A stretch of DNA of 64,000 nt. Origin: a virus. Of this stretch, positions 9,864 to 20,153 are shown one piece after another (within the stretch, counting starts at the first letter, position 1; every line of letters begins with the position of its first letter). The translations under genes were made by a program, and so were the position numbers. The notes beneath the pieces are model-generated. The model was not told the DNA's origin. It did no database searches and worked only from the letters and a program-made list of their open reading frames with translations. The stretch lies in IMG/VR virus record IMGVR_UViG_3300028581_000012. One strand, given 5' to 3'.

Positions 9864-10583
9864 ATGAGTTTAGTTATTTTAACAACAACATATAACTGTC
9901 AAGATTATATTGAAAAATGTTTGGCAACCATAATGACACAAACACATAAAGATTTTAGATGTTTTATTACCGATGACATGTCGACTGACCAAACCGTTAA
10001 TAAAATAAAAAATTTTATAAAAGAGGATAATAGATTCATTTTAATTGAAAACAAAAACAAAATGTACCAGCCGGGTAATTATGACCAAGTAATAAGAGGA
10101 AACTATGGGGTAGAAGATGATGATATTTGTATTGAGGTAGATGGTGATGATTGGTTACCCGATAGCAAAGTTTTTGAAAGAATAGTGAATCATTATAATA
10201 GTGGTGACATTTGGCTGGCAAATGGTTCTTTTAAATACCACGATGGTAGAATGGGATTTGCTCAACCATATACAAGTTTTGATAATATTAGAAATGAGAC
10301 GTTTACGTTAACACACCTTAGGACTTGGAAAGTTTTTTTATGGAGAAAAATAAATCAAGATGATTTGAAAAATCATGATGGGGAGTATTGGAGCGTTGCT
10401 GGGGATTTATCATTCATGTACCCGATGGCCGAAATGAGTGGTATTGAGCATTATAAATTTATGTCTGAAATTAATTACATTTATAATGAAAGTAACCCAA
10501 TTAATGACCACAAAGTTAATATGGAAAAAATTTTAAAAATTGTTAATATCATAAGAAATAAAAAACCATATACTAAGTTATGA
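9864..10583 (+). CDS. GT2 glycosyltransferase
   Basis: TTYNCQDYIEKCL, DDMSTD, VDGDD motifs. Confidence 0.85.
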   Translation: MSLVILTTTYNCQDYIEKCLATIMTQTHKDFRCFITDDMSTDQTVNKIKNFIKEDNRFILIENKNKMYQPGNYDQVIRGNYGVEDDDICIEVDGDDWLPDSKVFERIVNHYNSGDIWLANGSFKYHDGRMGFAQPYTSFDNIRNETFTLTHLRTWKVFLWRKINQDDLKNHDGEYWSVAGDLSFMYPMAEMSGIEHYKFMSEINYIYNESNPINDHKVNMEKILKIVNIIRNKKPYTKL

Positions 10584-11383
10584 TATATTGTAATTTGAAA
10601 GGGGGTTTAGGAAATATGTTTTTTCAAATTGCAGCTACTAAATCCTTATCAATCGATAATAACACCAATTGCTCATTTCCAAACTTACATCATCATTTAT
10701 CTTATTTAGATTTAGAAAATACTCACAACCCAAAATTAAATCATAGTAATGAGTATATAAAAATTTTTAAAAATTTAAAAACAGATAACGTAACAAACCC
10801 ACAACCGCAAATAATTAAATATCCCTTTGAGTTTATTGAAACCGACCCAATCACACAAGATGTTTTCATAGATGGGTTTTTTCAGAGTGAAAAGTATTTT
10901 AAACACAATCGTACACATATAATAGATTTTATTGATTTTAGTTTTATTGATAAAGAATACCTTTTTGAAAAATACCCAATAATTTTTCAAAAAAATTGTA
11001 CATCACTTCATATTAGGAGGGGAGATTATTTAAATTTCCCAAACCATCACCCCACACAGAGCTTAGAATATTACCTTTGTGCGGTTGAAAAATTAAAAAA
11101 TATTACTGATATGTTTGTAACATTTAGTGACGACATAGAATGGTGTAAGAAAAATTTAAATCTACCCAACTCACTTTACATTGAAAATGAAAAGGATTAT
11201 ATTGAAATGTATTTAATGAGTTTGTGTAGGAATAATATTATTTCTAACTCTTCATTTTCTTGGTGGGGAGCATGGTTAAATAATAACCCTTTTAAAAAAG
11301 TCATTGGACCTTTAAAATGGTTTGGAGAATCAATACATCATAACACAGGGGATATATTACCCGAAAATTGGATTAGGTTTTAA
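10580..11383 (+). CDS. Alpha-1,2-fucosyltransferase family (GT11)
   Basis: GGLGNMFFQ, GFFQSEKYF, HIRRGDY, FSDDIEWC, NSSFSWWGAWL. Confidence 0.9.
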   Translation: MIYCNLKGGLGNMFFQIAATKSLSIDNNTNCSFPNLHHHLSYLDLENTHNPKLNHSNEYIKIFKNLKTDNVTNPQPQIIKYPFEFIETDPITQDVFIDGFFQSEKYFKHNRTHIIDFIDFSFIDKEYLFEKYPIIFQKNCTSLHIRRGDYLNFPNHHPTQSLEYYLCAVEKLKNITDMFVTFSDDIEWCKKNLNLPNSLYIENEKDYIEMYLMSLCRNNIISNSSFSWWGAWLNNNPFKKVIGPLKWFGESIHHNTGDILPENWIRF

Positions 11384-11386
11384 AAA

Positions 11387-11806
11387 ATGGAAAAAATTTA
11401 TTCAAAAATTGAAAAAGGAAAACTATTACATGTTATTAATAGATTATCTGAAATACAAGGAAGAACTGAAATTGTCCCAGAAGATAATTTTATTCAGTGT
11501 GCCACATTAAGAATGGAAAGGAGAAAAACTTTCCCGCCACACAAACACATAACCAAAGATAGACACCACCCAAAACAAATTGCACAAGAATCTTGGGTGG
11601 TTATAAAAGGTCGTGTTAAATGTATATTATACGACATTGATGATACAATAATATCAACGCCAATTTTAGGTGCTGGTGATGCCAGCTTCACACTATATGG
11701 TGGGCACACATACGAGATTTTAGAAGATGATACGATTGTTTATGAGTATAAAACAGGACCTTATGAAGGTCAATCCTTAGATAAAACCTTCATTAAGAAT
11801 GACTAA
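11387..11806 (+). CDS. Cupin-fold protein (WbuC-like sugar isomerase/epimerase family)
   Basis: PPHKH...QESWVVIKG...GGHTY...EYKTGPY cupin motifs. Confidence 0.65.
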   Translation: MEKIYSKIEKGKLLHVINRLSEIQGRTEIVPEDNFIQCATLRMERRKTFPPHKHITKDRHHPKQIAQESWVVIKGRVKCILYDIDDTIISTPILGAGDASFTLYGGHTYEILEDDTIVYEYKTGPYEGQSLDKTFIKND

Positions 11807-12656
11807 TTTTTATCGTATAGCACCTATCAATCATGGATGGGGATTTGGGTATGGATTTTTTTCAAACTATAGAATTTGTTTGGAGCAATTAATCCATCAT
11901 CACGAAACTGGAGGTAATGGTATACCATATATCGATTGGGGTCAAACAACTTGGGTTGAGGGATTTAATCCGTTTGAATCAACAACATTAGTCCCTAATG
12001 GCAATCCTTTTGATTTTTGGTTTGACCAAAAGATACCGAGTCCCGAAGATTCGGTTAACTTTTGTACCAACAAACCTAGACCAGATTTAATTGACCATAG
12101 TAAACATTACTTTGATGAGCCATCGGAATTAAACCGACAACAAACAATTGATAAATTATATATTAAACCTAAACAATATATTTTAGATAAAATTGACAAA
12201 ATATATGAACAAGAATTAAAAGGTCATGTGGTATTAGGTGTTATGGCCAGAGGTACTGAATATAACCTACATCACCCAATGTACGGGGTGTTTGATGTAA
12301 ATGATTACATTAAAGAAATCAGTAAGATACTGGATGAAAACCCAAAAATAACAAAACTTTTAATTGTCAGTGAAGACATGGAATATATTAATGAACTACA
12401 TAAAAAATTTCCGTCATCTTATTTTATGCCTAACGTTTTTAGAAGAACAGATGAATCGATGGAGTATATTAACCAAGTTCATTGTTGGCCAAATGTTAGT
12501 ACAAAAAGACCCGACCATTGTAAGTTATTAGGTGAAGAAACAATAATACAAGCTAAATTATTAGGTAAATGTGATTATTTGTTTGGTCGACTATCAGGTG
12601 TTTTAGCGGGTGCTGTGATTTGGAATGAAAATATAAAACAAGTATTCAAAATTTAA
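11799..12656 (+). CDS. NodZ/GT23-like fucosyltransferase-fold protein
   Basis: GFFSNY, LGVMARGTE, IVSED, LLGKCDYLFGRLSGV. Confidence 0.6.
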   Translation: MTNFYRIAPINHGWGFGYGFFSNYRICLEQLIHHHETGGNGIPYIDWGQTTWVEGFNPFESTTLVPNGNPFDFWFDQKIPSPEDSVNFCTNKPRPDLIDHSKHYFDEPSELNRQQTIDKLYIKPKQYILDKIDKIYEQELKGHVVLGVMARGTEYNLHHPMYGVFDVNDYIKEISKILDENPKITKLLIVSEDMEYINELHKKFPSSYFMPNVFRRTDESMEYINQVHCWPNVSTKRPDHCKLLGEETIIQAKLLGKCDYLFGRLSGVLAGAVIWNENIKQVFKI

Positions 12657-12658
12657 TT

Positions 12659-13237
12659 ATGACAAGAACAGAAATTATCCAATTTTTAATAAATAAAACG
12701 AATGGAAAAAAATATCTAGAAATAGGTATGGGGCCAGGAATTAATTTTAATAACATTCAATGTGAATATAAAATTTGTGTTGACCCAACACCTACTGTTC
12801 CTGTGACATTTAGATTAACTTCGGATGACTTTTTTGACCAAAACAATGAAACTTTTGATATTATTTTTATTGATGGTTTACATTGGTCCGAGCAAGTTTA
12901 TAAAGATATTAATAATTCGTTACGTGTTTTAAACGATGGTGGATTTATTATTTGCCACGACATGAACCCACATTCAGAGTTTATTCAAAGATATCCCCAA
13001 CCAAAGTTGGAATCTGAATGGACTGGTGATTGTTGGAAAGCTTGGGTCAAACTAAAAACAGAACGTGATGATTTGTATATGGTGGTAGTTGATACAGATT
13101 ACGGATGTGGGATTATCAAAAAAGGTAAACAAAAAATCATAACAATTGATTCAGAATTAACGTGGGAAATGTTAGAAAATGATAGAATTAGATTATTAAA
13201 TTTGATTTCTGTTGAAGATTTTAAAAAAACGATATGA
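12659..13237 (+). CDS. Class I SAM-dependent methyltransferase
   Basis: YLEIG, FDIIFIDGLH, GGFIICHD. Confidence 0.85.
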   Translation: MTRTEIIQFLINKTNGKKYLEIGMGPGINFNNIQCEYKICVDPTPTVPVTFRLTSDDFFDQNNETFDIIFIDGLHWSEQVYKDINNSLRVLNDGGFIICHDMNPHSEFIQRYPQPKLESEWTGDCWKAWVKLKTERDDLYMVVVDTDYGCGIIKKGKQKIITIDSELTWEMLENDRIRLLNLISVEDFKKTI

Positions 13238-13761
13238 TTAATATAATTGGTGATGACGTGTTTATTGATAACGATGTATTATCTAAACAAAATTTAACTA
13301 TAAGTGGTTCACATGTTGCAATAGATAAAGGTGTATATTGCTCAACAAACGTCACAATAGGTGATTATGTACATATTAGTCCATACGTTACAATTATAGG
13401 TGGAAAAAATAGTTCTTTTACGGCAAAAGGTTTTAATAACATAATGGCAGGTGCTAGAATTATTTGTGGTTCAGATAGATTTGATGATAGTGGTTTATTT
13501 GGCGCTATGATTCCTGATGATTTAAAAGGTAGTCAAATAATCAAACCCGTTATTATGGAAAAGTTTTCTAATATTGGGACAAACGCGATTGTATTACCTG
13601 GGTCAATACTTAGACGTGGGGTACTTTTAACCGCAGGTAGCTTACTTATTGGTGATACTGAAGAATGGGGGGTTTACAAAGGTAACCCCGCCGTATTAGT
13701 AAAAAAAATAAATTCAGAAAAGATAATTGAAAACTATAAAAAATTAGGTTATGAAATATAA
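13234..13761 (+). CDS. Hexapeptide-repeat acetyltransferase
   Basis: IGDYVHISPYVTI, IGTNAIVLPG, GVYKGNPA. Confidence 0.8.
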   Translation: MINIIGDDVFIDNDVLSKQNLTISGSHVAIDKGVYCSTNVTIGDYVHISPYVTIIGGKNSSFTAKGFNNIMAGARIICGSDRFDDSGLFGAMIPDDLKGSQIIKPVIMEKFSNIGTNAIVLPGSILRRGVLLTAGSLLIGDTEEWGVYKGNPAVLVKKINSEKIIENYKKLGYEI

Positions 13762-14578
13762 TTTACAATTTGTAAAAATATCACCATCACACCAGTTTGC
13801 TGGCGTTGGTTTTGCTGGTAACATATTTATTACGTTAAACGCTTTAACACATATAAATTTAGATGATAAGTTACACGTTGATATGGAAACAAATGAATGT
13901 GTTTGTACGGAAATTGGCTCAACTATTCACAACACAAATAATTGTTGGGAATATTACTTTGAGCAAACAAAAATAAATGAAGGTGAGGCATTCACCAACA
14001 TGAATAGTCTGATTTCTGCTAAGATAAATTATGAGGACAGAGAAATGTTTATGTATCCGCAAAACTTCATTGAATTGAAAAATAAATTTTACAATTCGTT
14101 TCAATTAAAGACTTATTTGAAAGAAATGTTAGAAGACTTTTATGTTAATAATATTGAGGGAAAGACTACTTTAGGTGTTCAAGTTAGATTAACAGACATG
14201 AAACATTATCATAATGTTTCAACTATTGACAAATACCTTGACAAAATAAATAATATTTTGGTTGAAAAACCAGAAATAAAACAGATTTTTTTAGCAACAG
14301 ATGACGGTACGATAATAAAAAACATAAAAGAAAGTGTTAAAATACCCGTTATATATTATAAAGATATGTTCAGAGCAGATGAACAGAACCCTCACCTACA
14401 CCCATATGATAGGTTTATTGGGAATAGAGAACAACACAAATACAAACTAGGTATTGAGTGTATTCAAGAAATATTTACATTAGCAAAATGTGATTATATG
14501 TTAAAGGCAGATGTTTCTTCAGTATCTATTATTGCTAGTATTTTAGCAGAAAACATAAAACAAGTTTATAGAGTATGA
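13751..14578 (+). CDS. Second NodZ/GT23-like fucosyltransferase-fold protein
   Basis: GFAGN, LGVQVRLTD, IFLATDD, LAKCDYMLKADVSSV; same architecture as 11799-12656. Confidence 0.6.
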   Translation: MKYNLQFVKISPSHQFAGVGFAGNIFITLNALTHINLDDKLHVDMETNECVCTEIGSTIHNTNNCWEYYFEQTKINEGEAFTNMNSLISAKINYEDREMFMYPQNFIELKNKFYNSFQLKTYLKEMLEDFYVNNIEGKTTLGVQVRLTDMKHYHNVSTIDKYLDKINNILVEKPEIKQIFLATDDGTIIKNIKESVKIPVIYYKDMFRADEQNPHLHPYDRFIGNREQHKYKLGIECIQEIFTLAKCDYMLKADVSSVSIIASILAENIKQVYRV

Positions 14579-15273
14579 TTTATATAATTGGTGATAGTCA
14601 TGTTTCAGTTTTTTCGGGCACCGATAAGACACATGATGGGTTGAGGCACATTCAACCAGAATTTGGGACGTGTTACACACTGTCTTCGGGTCAATTAAGA
14701 CCTTTAATTAATCGTTTTGAACAAAGAATACCGTATTTTTGTCCTATCAAAATTGGGTCAAATACTGCATATAATTCTTTTGATAAATTACCAAGAATAG
14801 AACAAGCAATATTAGAATATGGTGTTAGTGAAAAAGATTATGTTTTTACGTGTTTTGGTGAAATAGACATAAGAAACCACATTGGATTTAATGCTGATAG
14901 ACAAGGTATTACTTTTGAAGAAGGTATTAAAATTTGTATTGATAGGTATATGGAAACAGTTTTATATTTAAAAAACAAAGGTATTAATGTGGGTGTTTAT
15001 GGGTCACCGGCATCATCTGTTGGTAGACAAACACCGATTGACTATGGTGAAGTCGTTTTTAGAAATAATATGACGTTGATTTTTAATAGTTATCTAAATA
15101 ATAAATGTATTGAAAACAATATACCTTTTGTAGATATATCAAAATCTCTAATGTTACCGGATGGGACAACGGACCCAAAATTCATTATGGATGACATACA
15201 CTTATCACAAGAGGCGATGCCACTATTGATTAAGGCCTTTTCAAAATATATAGATGAACAGACAAGAAATTAA
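14575..15273 (+). CDS. SGNH/GDSL hydrolase-like protein
   Basis: IIGDSH, FGEIDIR and C-terminal DDIHL. Confidence 0.7.
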   Translation: MIYIIGDSHVSVFSGTDKTHDGLRHIQPEFGTCYTLSSGQLRPLINRFEQRIPYFCPIKIGSNTAYNSFDKLPRIEQAILEYGVSEKDYVFTCFGEIDIRNHIGFNADRQGITFEEGIKICIDRYMETVLYLKNKGINVGVYGSPASSVGRQTPIDYGEVVFRNNMTLIFNSYLNNKCIENNIPFVDISKSLMLPDGTTDPKFIMDDIHLSQEAMPLLIKAFSKYIDEQTRN

Positions 15274-16060
15274 TTTAATAGGTGGTGGTTTCCAACACAG
15301 CCCATCAACATCAGGTTTTGACCCATTATACATAAAATGGGTCAAAGGTGTTCAAACGGCACCAATATCAATCTATGTTGACCAAGGGTTAACGTCACCA
15401 ACTAATCCAAATACAAAAAATTATGGATGGTTATCTGAATCAAAAACAATAATTAACGATTTATATGAATGGGCTAAAAATAATGTTGATTATTTAAAAC
15501 AAAACTTTATTTTGGTATTCACACACGATGTAGAGTTAGCCAAATATTCTGATATTTTTGCATTAACTCAATGTAGCGGCAAATCATTTATTAATGAAGG
15601 TGAAATTTACAAAAAAACAAAAATAGTTTCAATGATTGCATCTAATAAAGTAATATGTAGTGAACACGTTTTTAGACAACAAATGATTAATAAATTTTCA
15701 AACCAATGTGACCATTATGGTAGAGGTTTTAGAGAATTATCAAACAAAGAAGATGGTTTAAGAGATTATTGTTTTTCTATCACAATGGAAAATGGGACTT
15801 ATTCGAATATGTTTACTGAAAAAATTACTGATTGTTTTATGACTGGAACTATACCAGTTTATTACGGAATACCCAACATAGGTGATTTTTTCAACAAAGA
15901 TGGTATTATTGTATTAAATGAAGAATTTAAAATTGAAGATTTATCTTTTGATTTATATAATTCAAAAATAAATGCAGTCATAGACAACTTTAAAAGGGCG
16001 AAAGATTTATTGGTCGCCGAAGATTATATATATTTAAAATACATTAAAAATGAAATTTAA
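15254..16060 (+). CDS. GT10 (alpha-1,3-fucosyltransferase-like) glycosyltransferase
   Basis: YCFSITMEN...FTEKITDCFMTGTIPVYYG. Confidence 0.8.
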   Translation: MNRQEINLIGGGFQHSPSTSGFDPLYIKWVKGVQTAPISIYVDQGLTSPTNPNTKNYGWLSESKTIINDLYEWAKNNVDYLKQNFILVFTHDVELAKYSDIFALTQCSGKSFINEGEIYKKTKIVSMIASNKVICSEHVFRQQMINKFSNQCDHYGRGFRELSNKEDGLRDYCFSITMENGTYSNMFTEKITDCFMTGTIPVYYGIPNIGDFFNKDGIIVLNEEFKIEDLSFDLYNSKINAVIDNFKRAKDLLVAEDYIYLKYIKNEI

Positions 16061-17492
16061 TACAATACACAGTTTAGGTAGTAGATGTCAAAATTCTGAA
16101 ATTTTGAAACATTACAACTATAGAGAGTTTTCTGGATTTTTTGATTTTATGAACACATCTAAAATTGAAATTATAAACCATATAATTGCCGATGATTTTA
16201 AAGAATTATTAAAACCTGAAAATAATGTGACCGTTGAATGTAACGTATTGACAATCGACCCAGAAACCGGAGTTCGCTTACCAAACTCCTTAAGAACGGC
16301 AAATCGTTTTTATGATGAAACTGTAAGTATGGACAACGCATTATTTCCGCACCACAACTTAAATAATGAAAAAGATAAAAGTCATTTTATTAAGTGCCAC
16401 CAAAGATTTAAAAAATTAGTTAATTTTAATACATTATTCAATTACACATACAATACTTGGGAAAATGCACCAACAATTCAACAACTAGAAAAAATGGTTG
16501 GGTTGTTACAAACTGTTCATAATTTCAAAAACTTTAAAGTTTGTTTTATTGCCATTAAGACTACCTATGATAAAGGTGCCACTTTGGTTAAAACAACTGA
16601 ATTTTATGACATTTGGGAATTAAATATTCAACCAAATAGTTTTACAGGGGGATTGTTTTTAAATGAAATAGATAACAACAACTACATAAACATCATCAAA
16701 TCTTACGATATTGAAGATGTTAGAGTTTCTAAAGAAGTTATTGACTCAATTCCAAATATATCAAATGAAGTCAAATATGATAGTTGGCCAATTGGTCGGG
16801 TACCAAAACACATGCAAAGACCGGAGTTAGACCAATTAAAAGAATTAGGGTATAATTGGGCGGACCCTAGAGATGTGATTGACATTTTTGAAACTAAAGT
16901 CGCCAATTTTGCCGGTTGCAAATATGCGGTAACGGTTGATTGTTGTTCTCACGGATTATTTTTAGCTTTAAAATATTTACAATCGATTGGTGAGCTAGAA
17001 AAAGACTCTACCCTTACCATACCAAAAATGACATACATTTCCGCACCTATGCAAATCATACAAGCAGGAAATAAAGTAGAATTCGAAGACTTGGAGTGGT
17101 CCGGTGTTTACCAACTTAAAGGTTCTAGAGTTTGGGATGGTGCGGTTAGATGGACCAAAAATATGTATGTTGGGGGTAATGCATTACAAATAGTATCATT
17201 CCAATTAAAAAAAAGAGTACCAATAGGTAAAGGTGGTATTATTTTAACCGATAGTTTAGAGTCTTATAAATGGCTCAAATTGGCCTCATATGACGGTAGA
17301 GATTTAACAACACCATATACCGATGAAAACCATATTAAAATGCTTGGGTATCACATGTATATGACACCAGAAGATGCCGCTAGAGGTATTATTTTAATGG
17401 ATAACGTTCCGAACGTTAATGAAGATACCGGAAATCACACAACATATGTTGATGCAAGTAAAGTGTTTTCCAAGCTTGACTTATTAAAATAA
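16050..17492 (+). CDS. Fusion of a DUF1796/papain-like N-terminal domain and a DegT/DnrJ-type PLP sugar aminotransferase
   Basis: N-terminal SLGSRC...FD...FPHH; C-terminal FETKVANFAGCKYAVTVDCCSHGLFLAL and SFQLKKRVPIGKGG. Confidence 0.7.
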   Translation: MKFNTIHSLGSRCQNSEILKHYNYREFSGFFDFMNTSKIEIINHIIADDFKELLKPENNVTVECNVLTIDPETGVRLPNSLRTANRFYDETVSMDNALFPHHNLNNEKDKSHFIKCHQRFKKLVNFNTLFNYTYNTWENAPTIQQLEKMVGLLQTVHNFKNFKVCFIAIKTTYDKGATLVKTTEFYDIWELNIQPNSFTGGLFLNEIDNNNYINIIKSYDIEDVRVSKEVIDSIPNISNEVKYDSWPIGRVPKHMQRPELDQLKELGYNWADPRDVIDIFETKVANFAGCKYAVTVDCCSHGLFLALKYLQSIGELEKDSTLTIPKMTYISAPMQIIQAGNKVEFEDLEWSGVYQLKGSRVWDGAVRWTKNMYVGGNALQIVSFQLKKRVPIGKGGIILTDSLESYKWLKLASYDGRDLTTPYTDENHIKMLGYHMYMTPEDAARGIILMDNVPNVNEDTGNHTTYVDASKVFSKLDLLK

Positions 17493-17524
17493 AAGAACTA
17501 AAAATATAAAAATAAAAACAAAAA

Positions 17525-18511
17525 ATGAAAAAAGCATTTATCACAGGAATTAATGGACAAGATGGTTCATATTTAACTGAATATCTTTTAGAATTAGGAT
17601 ATGAAGTGCACGGAATTATAAGAAGAAATTCAAGTGTAGAATCACAACAAAGTAGGTTTTCAGATGAGGTAAGAAACAAAGTCAATATTCACTACGGAGA
17701 TTTATTAGACCAAGGCGGATTAGAAAAGTTATTAGACCAAATCCAACCAGATGAAATCTATAATCTTGCCGCTCAAAGCCATGTTAGAATTAGTTTTGAT
17801 ATCCCACAATTTACCGTTCAAACAAATGCGATTGGTATCTTAAACATATTAGAAGCCTACAGACGTTCATGTCCAACTGCTAAATTCTATCAAGCCAGCT
17901 CTTCTGAAATGTTTGGAAATTCGGTTGACTCCGATGGGTTCCAAAGAGAAACAACACCAATGAATCCTGTATCCCCTTATGGTTGTTCTAAAGTATTTGG
18001 ATATAATATTGTTAGGAACTATAGAAACGCATACAATCTACACGCCTGTAACGGTATTCTTTTCAACCACGAATCCCCAAGACGTGGTTCTAATTTTGTT
18101 ACAAATAAAGTTGTTAAAACTGCGGTAGAAATCAAATTAGGTTTAACTAACAAATTAGAATTAGGTAATATGGATTCATATAGAGATTGGGGTCACTCAA
18201 AAGATTATGTAAGGGCTATGCACATGATAGTCAACCACGAAAATCCTGATGATTTTGTTGTTTCAACAATGACTACACACTCCGTAAGAGAAATGGTTGA
18301 ATATGTATTTAAAAAACTTGATTTGGACTATACAAAATATGTAACTCAAAATGAAAAGTTTTTAAGGTCAGAGGAGTTAAAATACTTAAAAGGAGACTCC
18401 ACAAAAATTAGAACAGTTTTAGGATGGGAACCAGAATATAGTTTTGAATCATTAATGGATAACATGATTGATGGGTGGATGGAGAAACTATTGAACAAAA
18501 AAATATTATAA
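17525..18511 (+). CDS. gmd: GDP-mannose 4,6-dehydratase
   Basis: ITGINGQDGSYL, NLAAQSHV, YQASSSE, SPYGCSK, LFNHESPRRG, RDWGH. Confidence 0.95.
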   Translation: MKKAFITGINGQDGSYLTEYLLELGYEVHGIIRRNSSVESQQSRFSDEVRNKVNIHYGDLLDQGGLEKLLDQIQPDEIYNLAAQSHVRISFDIPQFTVQTNAIGILNILEAYRRSCPTAKFYQASSSEMFGNSVDSDGFQRETTPMNPVSPYGCSKVFGYNIVRNYRNAYNLHACNGILFNHESPRRGSNFVTNKVVKTAVEIKLGLTNKLELGNMDSYRDWGHSKDYVRAMHMIVNHENPDDFVVSTMTTHSVREMVEYVFKKLDLDYTKYVTQNEKFLRSEELKYLKGDSTKIRTVLGWEPEYSFESLMDNMIDGWMEKLLNKKIL

Positions 18512-18512
18512 T

Positions 18513-19247
18513 ATGACAAGAAAAAAAACAACAACAGATGAACCTGTTATACCGCAGTCTTTTACAAAAAAAGACTTTATTAATTCAGTAATAAAAAGAA
18601 AACAAAAAAGTAAATTTTTATCTGATAACCAAAAAGACTACTACGACATATTAGTAAGTAGTCAAATTACAATTTGTTCAGGTCCTGCAGGTGTTGGTAA
18701 AAGTTACATAGCAATGAAAGCTGCTGTTGATTTACTTATGGACCCAACTAACACTTACGAAAAAATTATAATTGTAAGGCCGGCGGTTGAAGCAGAAGAA
18801 AAGTTAGGTAGTTTACCTGGTAATTTGGAAGAAAAATTGGACCCATATATTTTTCCATCTTATTACCTATTAAATAAAATTATTGGGAAAGATACAAGAG
18901 AAAAACTAAAAGAGGCTGAAATTATTGAAGTGTTTGCATTGGCATATATGCGAGGAATGAATATCGATAATTCTATTTTAATTTTTGAAGAAGCACAAAA
19001 TGCAACCCCAAACCAAATTAAATTACTATTGACAAGGATTGGTTATAATAGTAAATTTTTTATATCGGGGGATTTAGAACAAACTGACCGATATAAAGAT
19101 AAAAAACAATCAGGGTTATACGACGCACTTCAAAGGTTTCAAAATGTTAATGACATTGGTATATATGACTTTAGAAATGCTAAAAACGTTAGAAATCCAC
19201 TTATTGGTAAAATTCTAGAAAGGTATGACGAAGAAAATCGGGATTGA
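18513..19247 (+). CDS. phoH: PhoH-family ATPase
   Basis: GPAGVGKS, RPAVEAEEKLGSLPG, AYMRG, EEAQN, LLTRIG, GDLEQTD. Confidence 0.92.
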   Translation: MTRKKTTTDEPVIPQSFTKKDFINSVIKRKQKSKFLSDNQKDYYDILVSSQITICSGPAGVGKSYIAMKAAVDLLMDPTNTYEKIIIVRPAVEAEEKLGSLPGNLEEKLDPYIFPSYYLLNKIIGKDTREKLKEAEIIEVFALAYMRGMNIDNSILIFEEAQNATPNQIKLLLTRIGYNSKFFISGDLEQTDRYKDKKQSGLYDALQRFQNVNDIGIYDFRNAKNVRNPLIGKILERYDEENRD

Positions 19248-19875
19248 AGTTAATGGTGTTTTAAGAAATACTTTAGGTAAAATACGCCAAACTTATGAAA
19301 AATTTATGATTGAAAATAATTCCGAAGAAAAAACATTTATGTTGGATTCATCGGGAAATACTGAATCTATTGTTGAAAATGAATCTTTTGAATATAAGTT
19401 ATTAGAAAATGTGGACAGTTTAAATTTGATGTCCCATTTTGCCTTTAAATCAGAAGACGAATTATATGATTTTTTATATCAAGAGTTTGCAATGCAAATT
19501 TTTGGTCATGCTGAATCTACAGAGATGCATACTTTTCATACACTAAATGATGTTTATATTAAATATAGAAACAGTAATGACTTTTTAATATTGTCAGATG
19601 AAATAGGTAAATCAAAACCGGCAACTCTTTTCTTTTTATCAAAGTTTGGATGTCAATTAGAAAAAGTAAAATTTTATTCAGATACAACTAAAAACTCCAT
19701 ATGGGATGAGGTTGATATTTTAATAACCGCAAACCCAAACTTAATTGATGAACACCCATCAGATAAAGTTATAATTAAATTTAAAACTGATTATAACAAA
19801 AAAAATAAATCAAAACACGAAATCAGTTCACTTGGTGAGTTAGATGAATGTTTACAAAAATTAGGAATATGTTAG
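19225..19875 (+). CDS. HAD-like (5'-nucleotidase-like) protein with a degenerate motif I
   Basis: IGIEVNGVLRN in place of IxIDxDGVLxD. Confidence 0.5.
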   Translation: MTKKIGIEVNGVLRNTLGKIRQTYEKFMIENNSEEKTFMLDSSGNTESIVENESFEYKLLENVDSLNLMSHFAFKSEDELYDFLYQEFAMQIFGHAESTEMHTFHTLNDVYIKYRNSNDFLILSDEIGKSKPATLFFLSKFGCQLEKVKFYSDTTKNSIWDEVDILITANPNLIDEHPSDKVIIKFKTDYNKKNKSKHEISSLGELDECLQKLGIC

Positions 19876-20150
19876 AATTTTTAGGAGAACAGTATTATAT
19901 TGACGTACAAGAAATTGATAATAAAATAGCAATCCCATATACGTTAGAATCAATTGAGATTGATGGTCAAAATGAACCACATATAAGTGTTGCAAAGTGG
20001 GAAGTATATAAAAATTTAATAGATGTTATATTATCAGAAAGAGAAGAACTTGATGAAAATTTGGGTATTCACAGTGCTAAAAATTTATCAATCCCTTTTA
20101 AGTTTGCATTTAATACACTATTAATAAACAACATAATAAAAAAGTTATAA
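19869..20150 (+). CDS. Hypothetical protein
   Basis: ORF; the ATG at 19869 is preferred because it overlaps the upstream stop. Confidence 0.55.
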   Translation: MLEFLGEQYYIDVQEIDNKIAIPYTLESIEIDGQNEPHISVAKWEVYKNLIDVILSEREELDENLGIHSAKNLSIPFKFAFNTLLINNIIKKL

Positions 20151-20153
20151 AAA

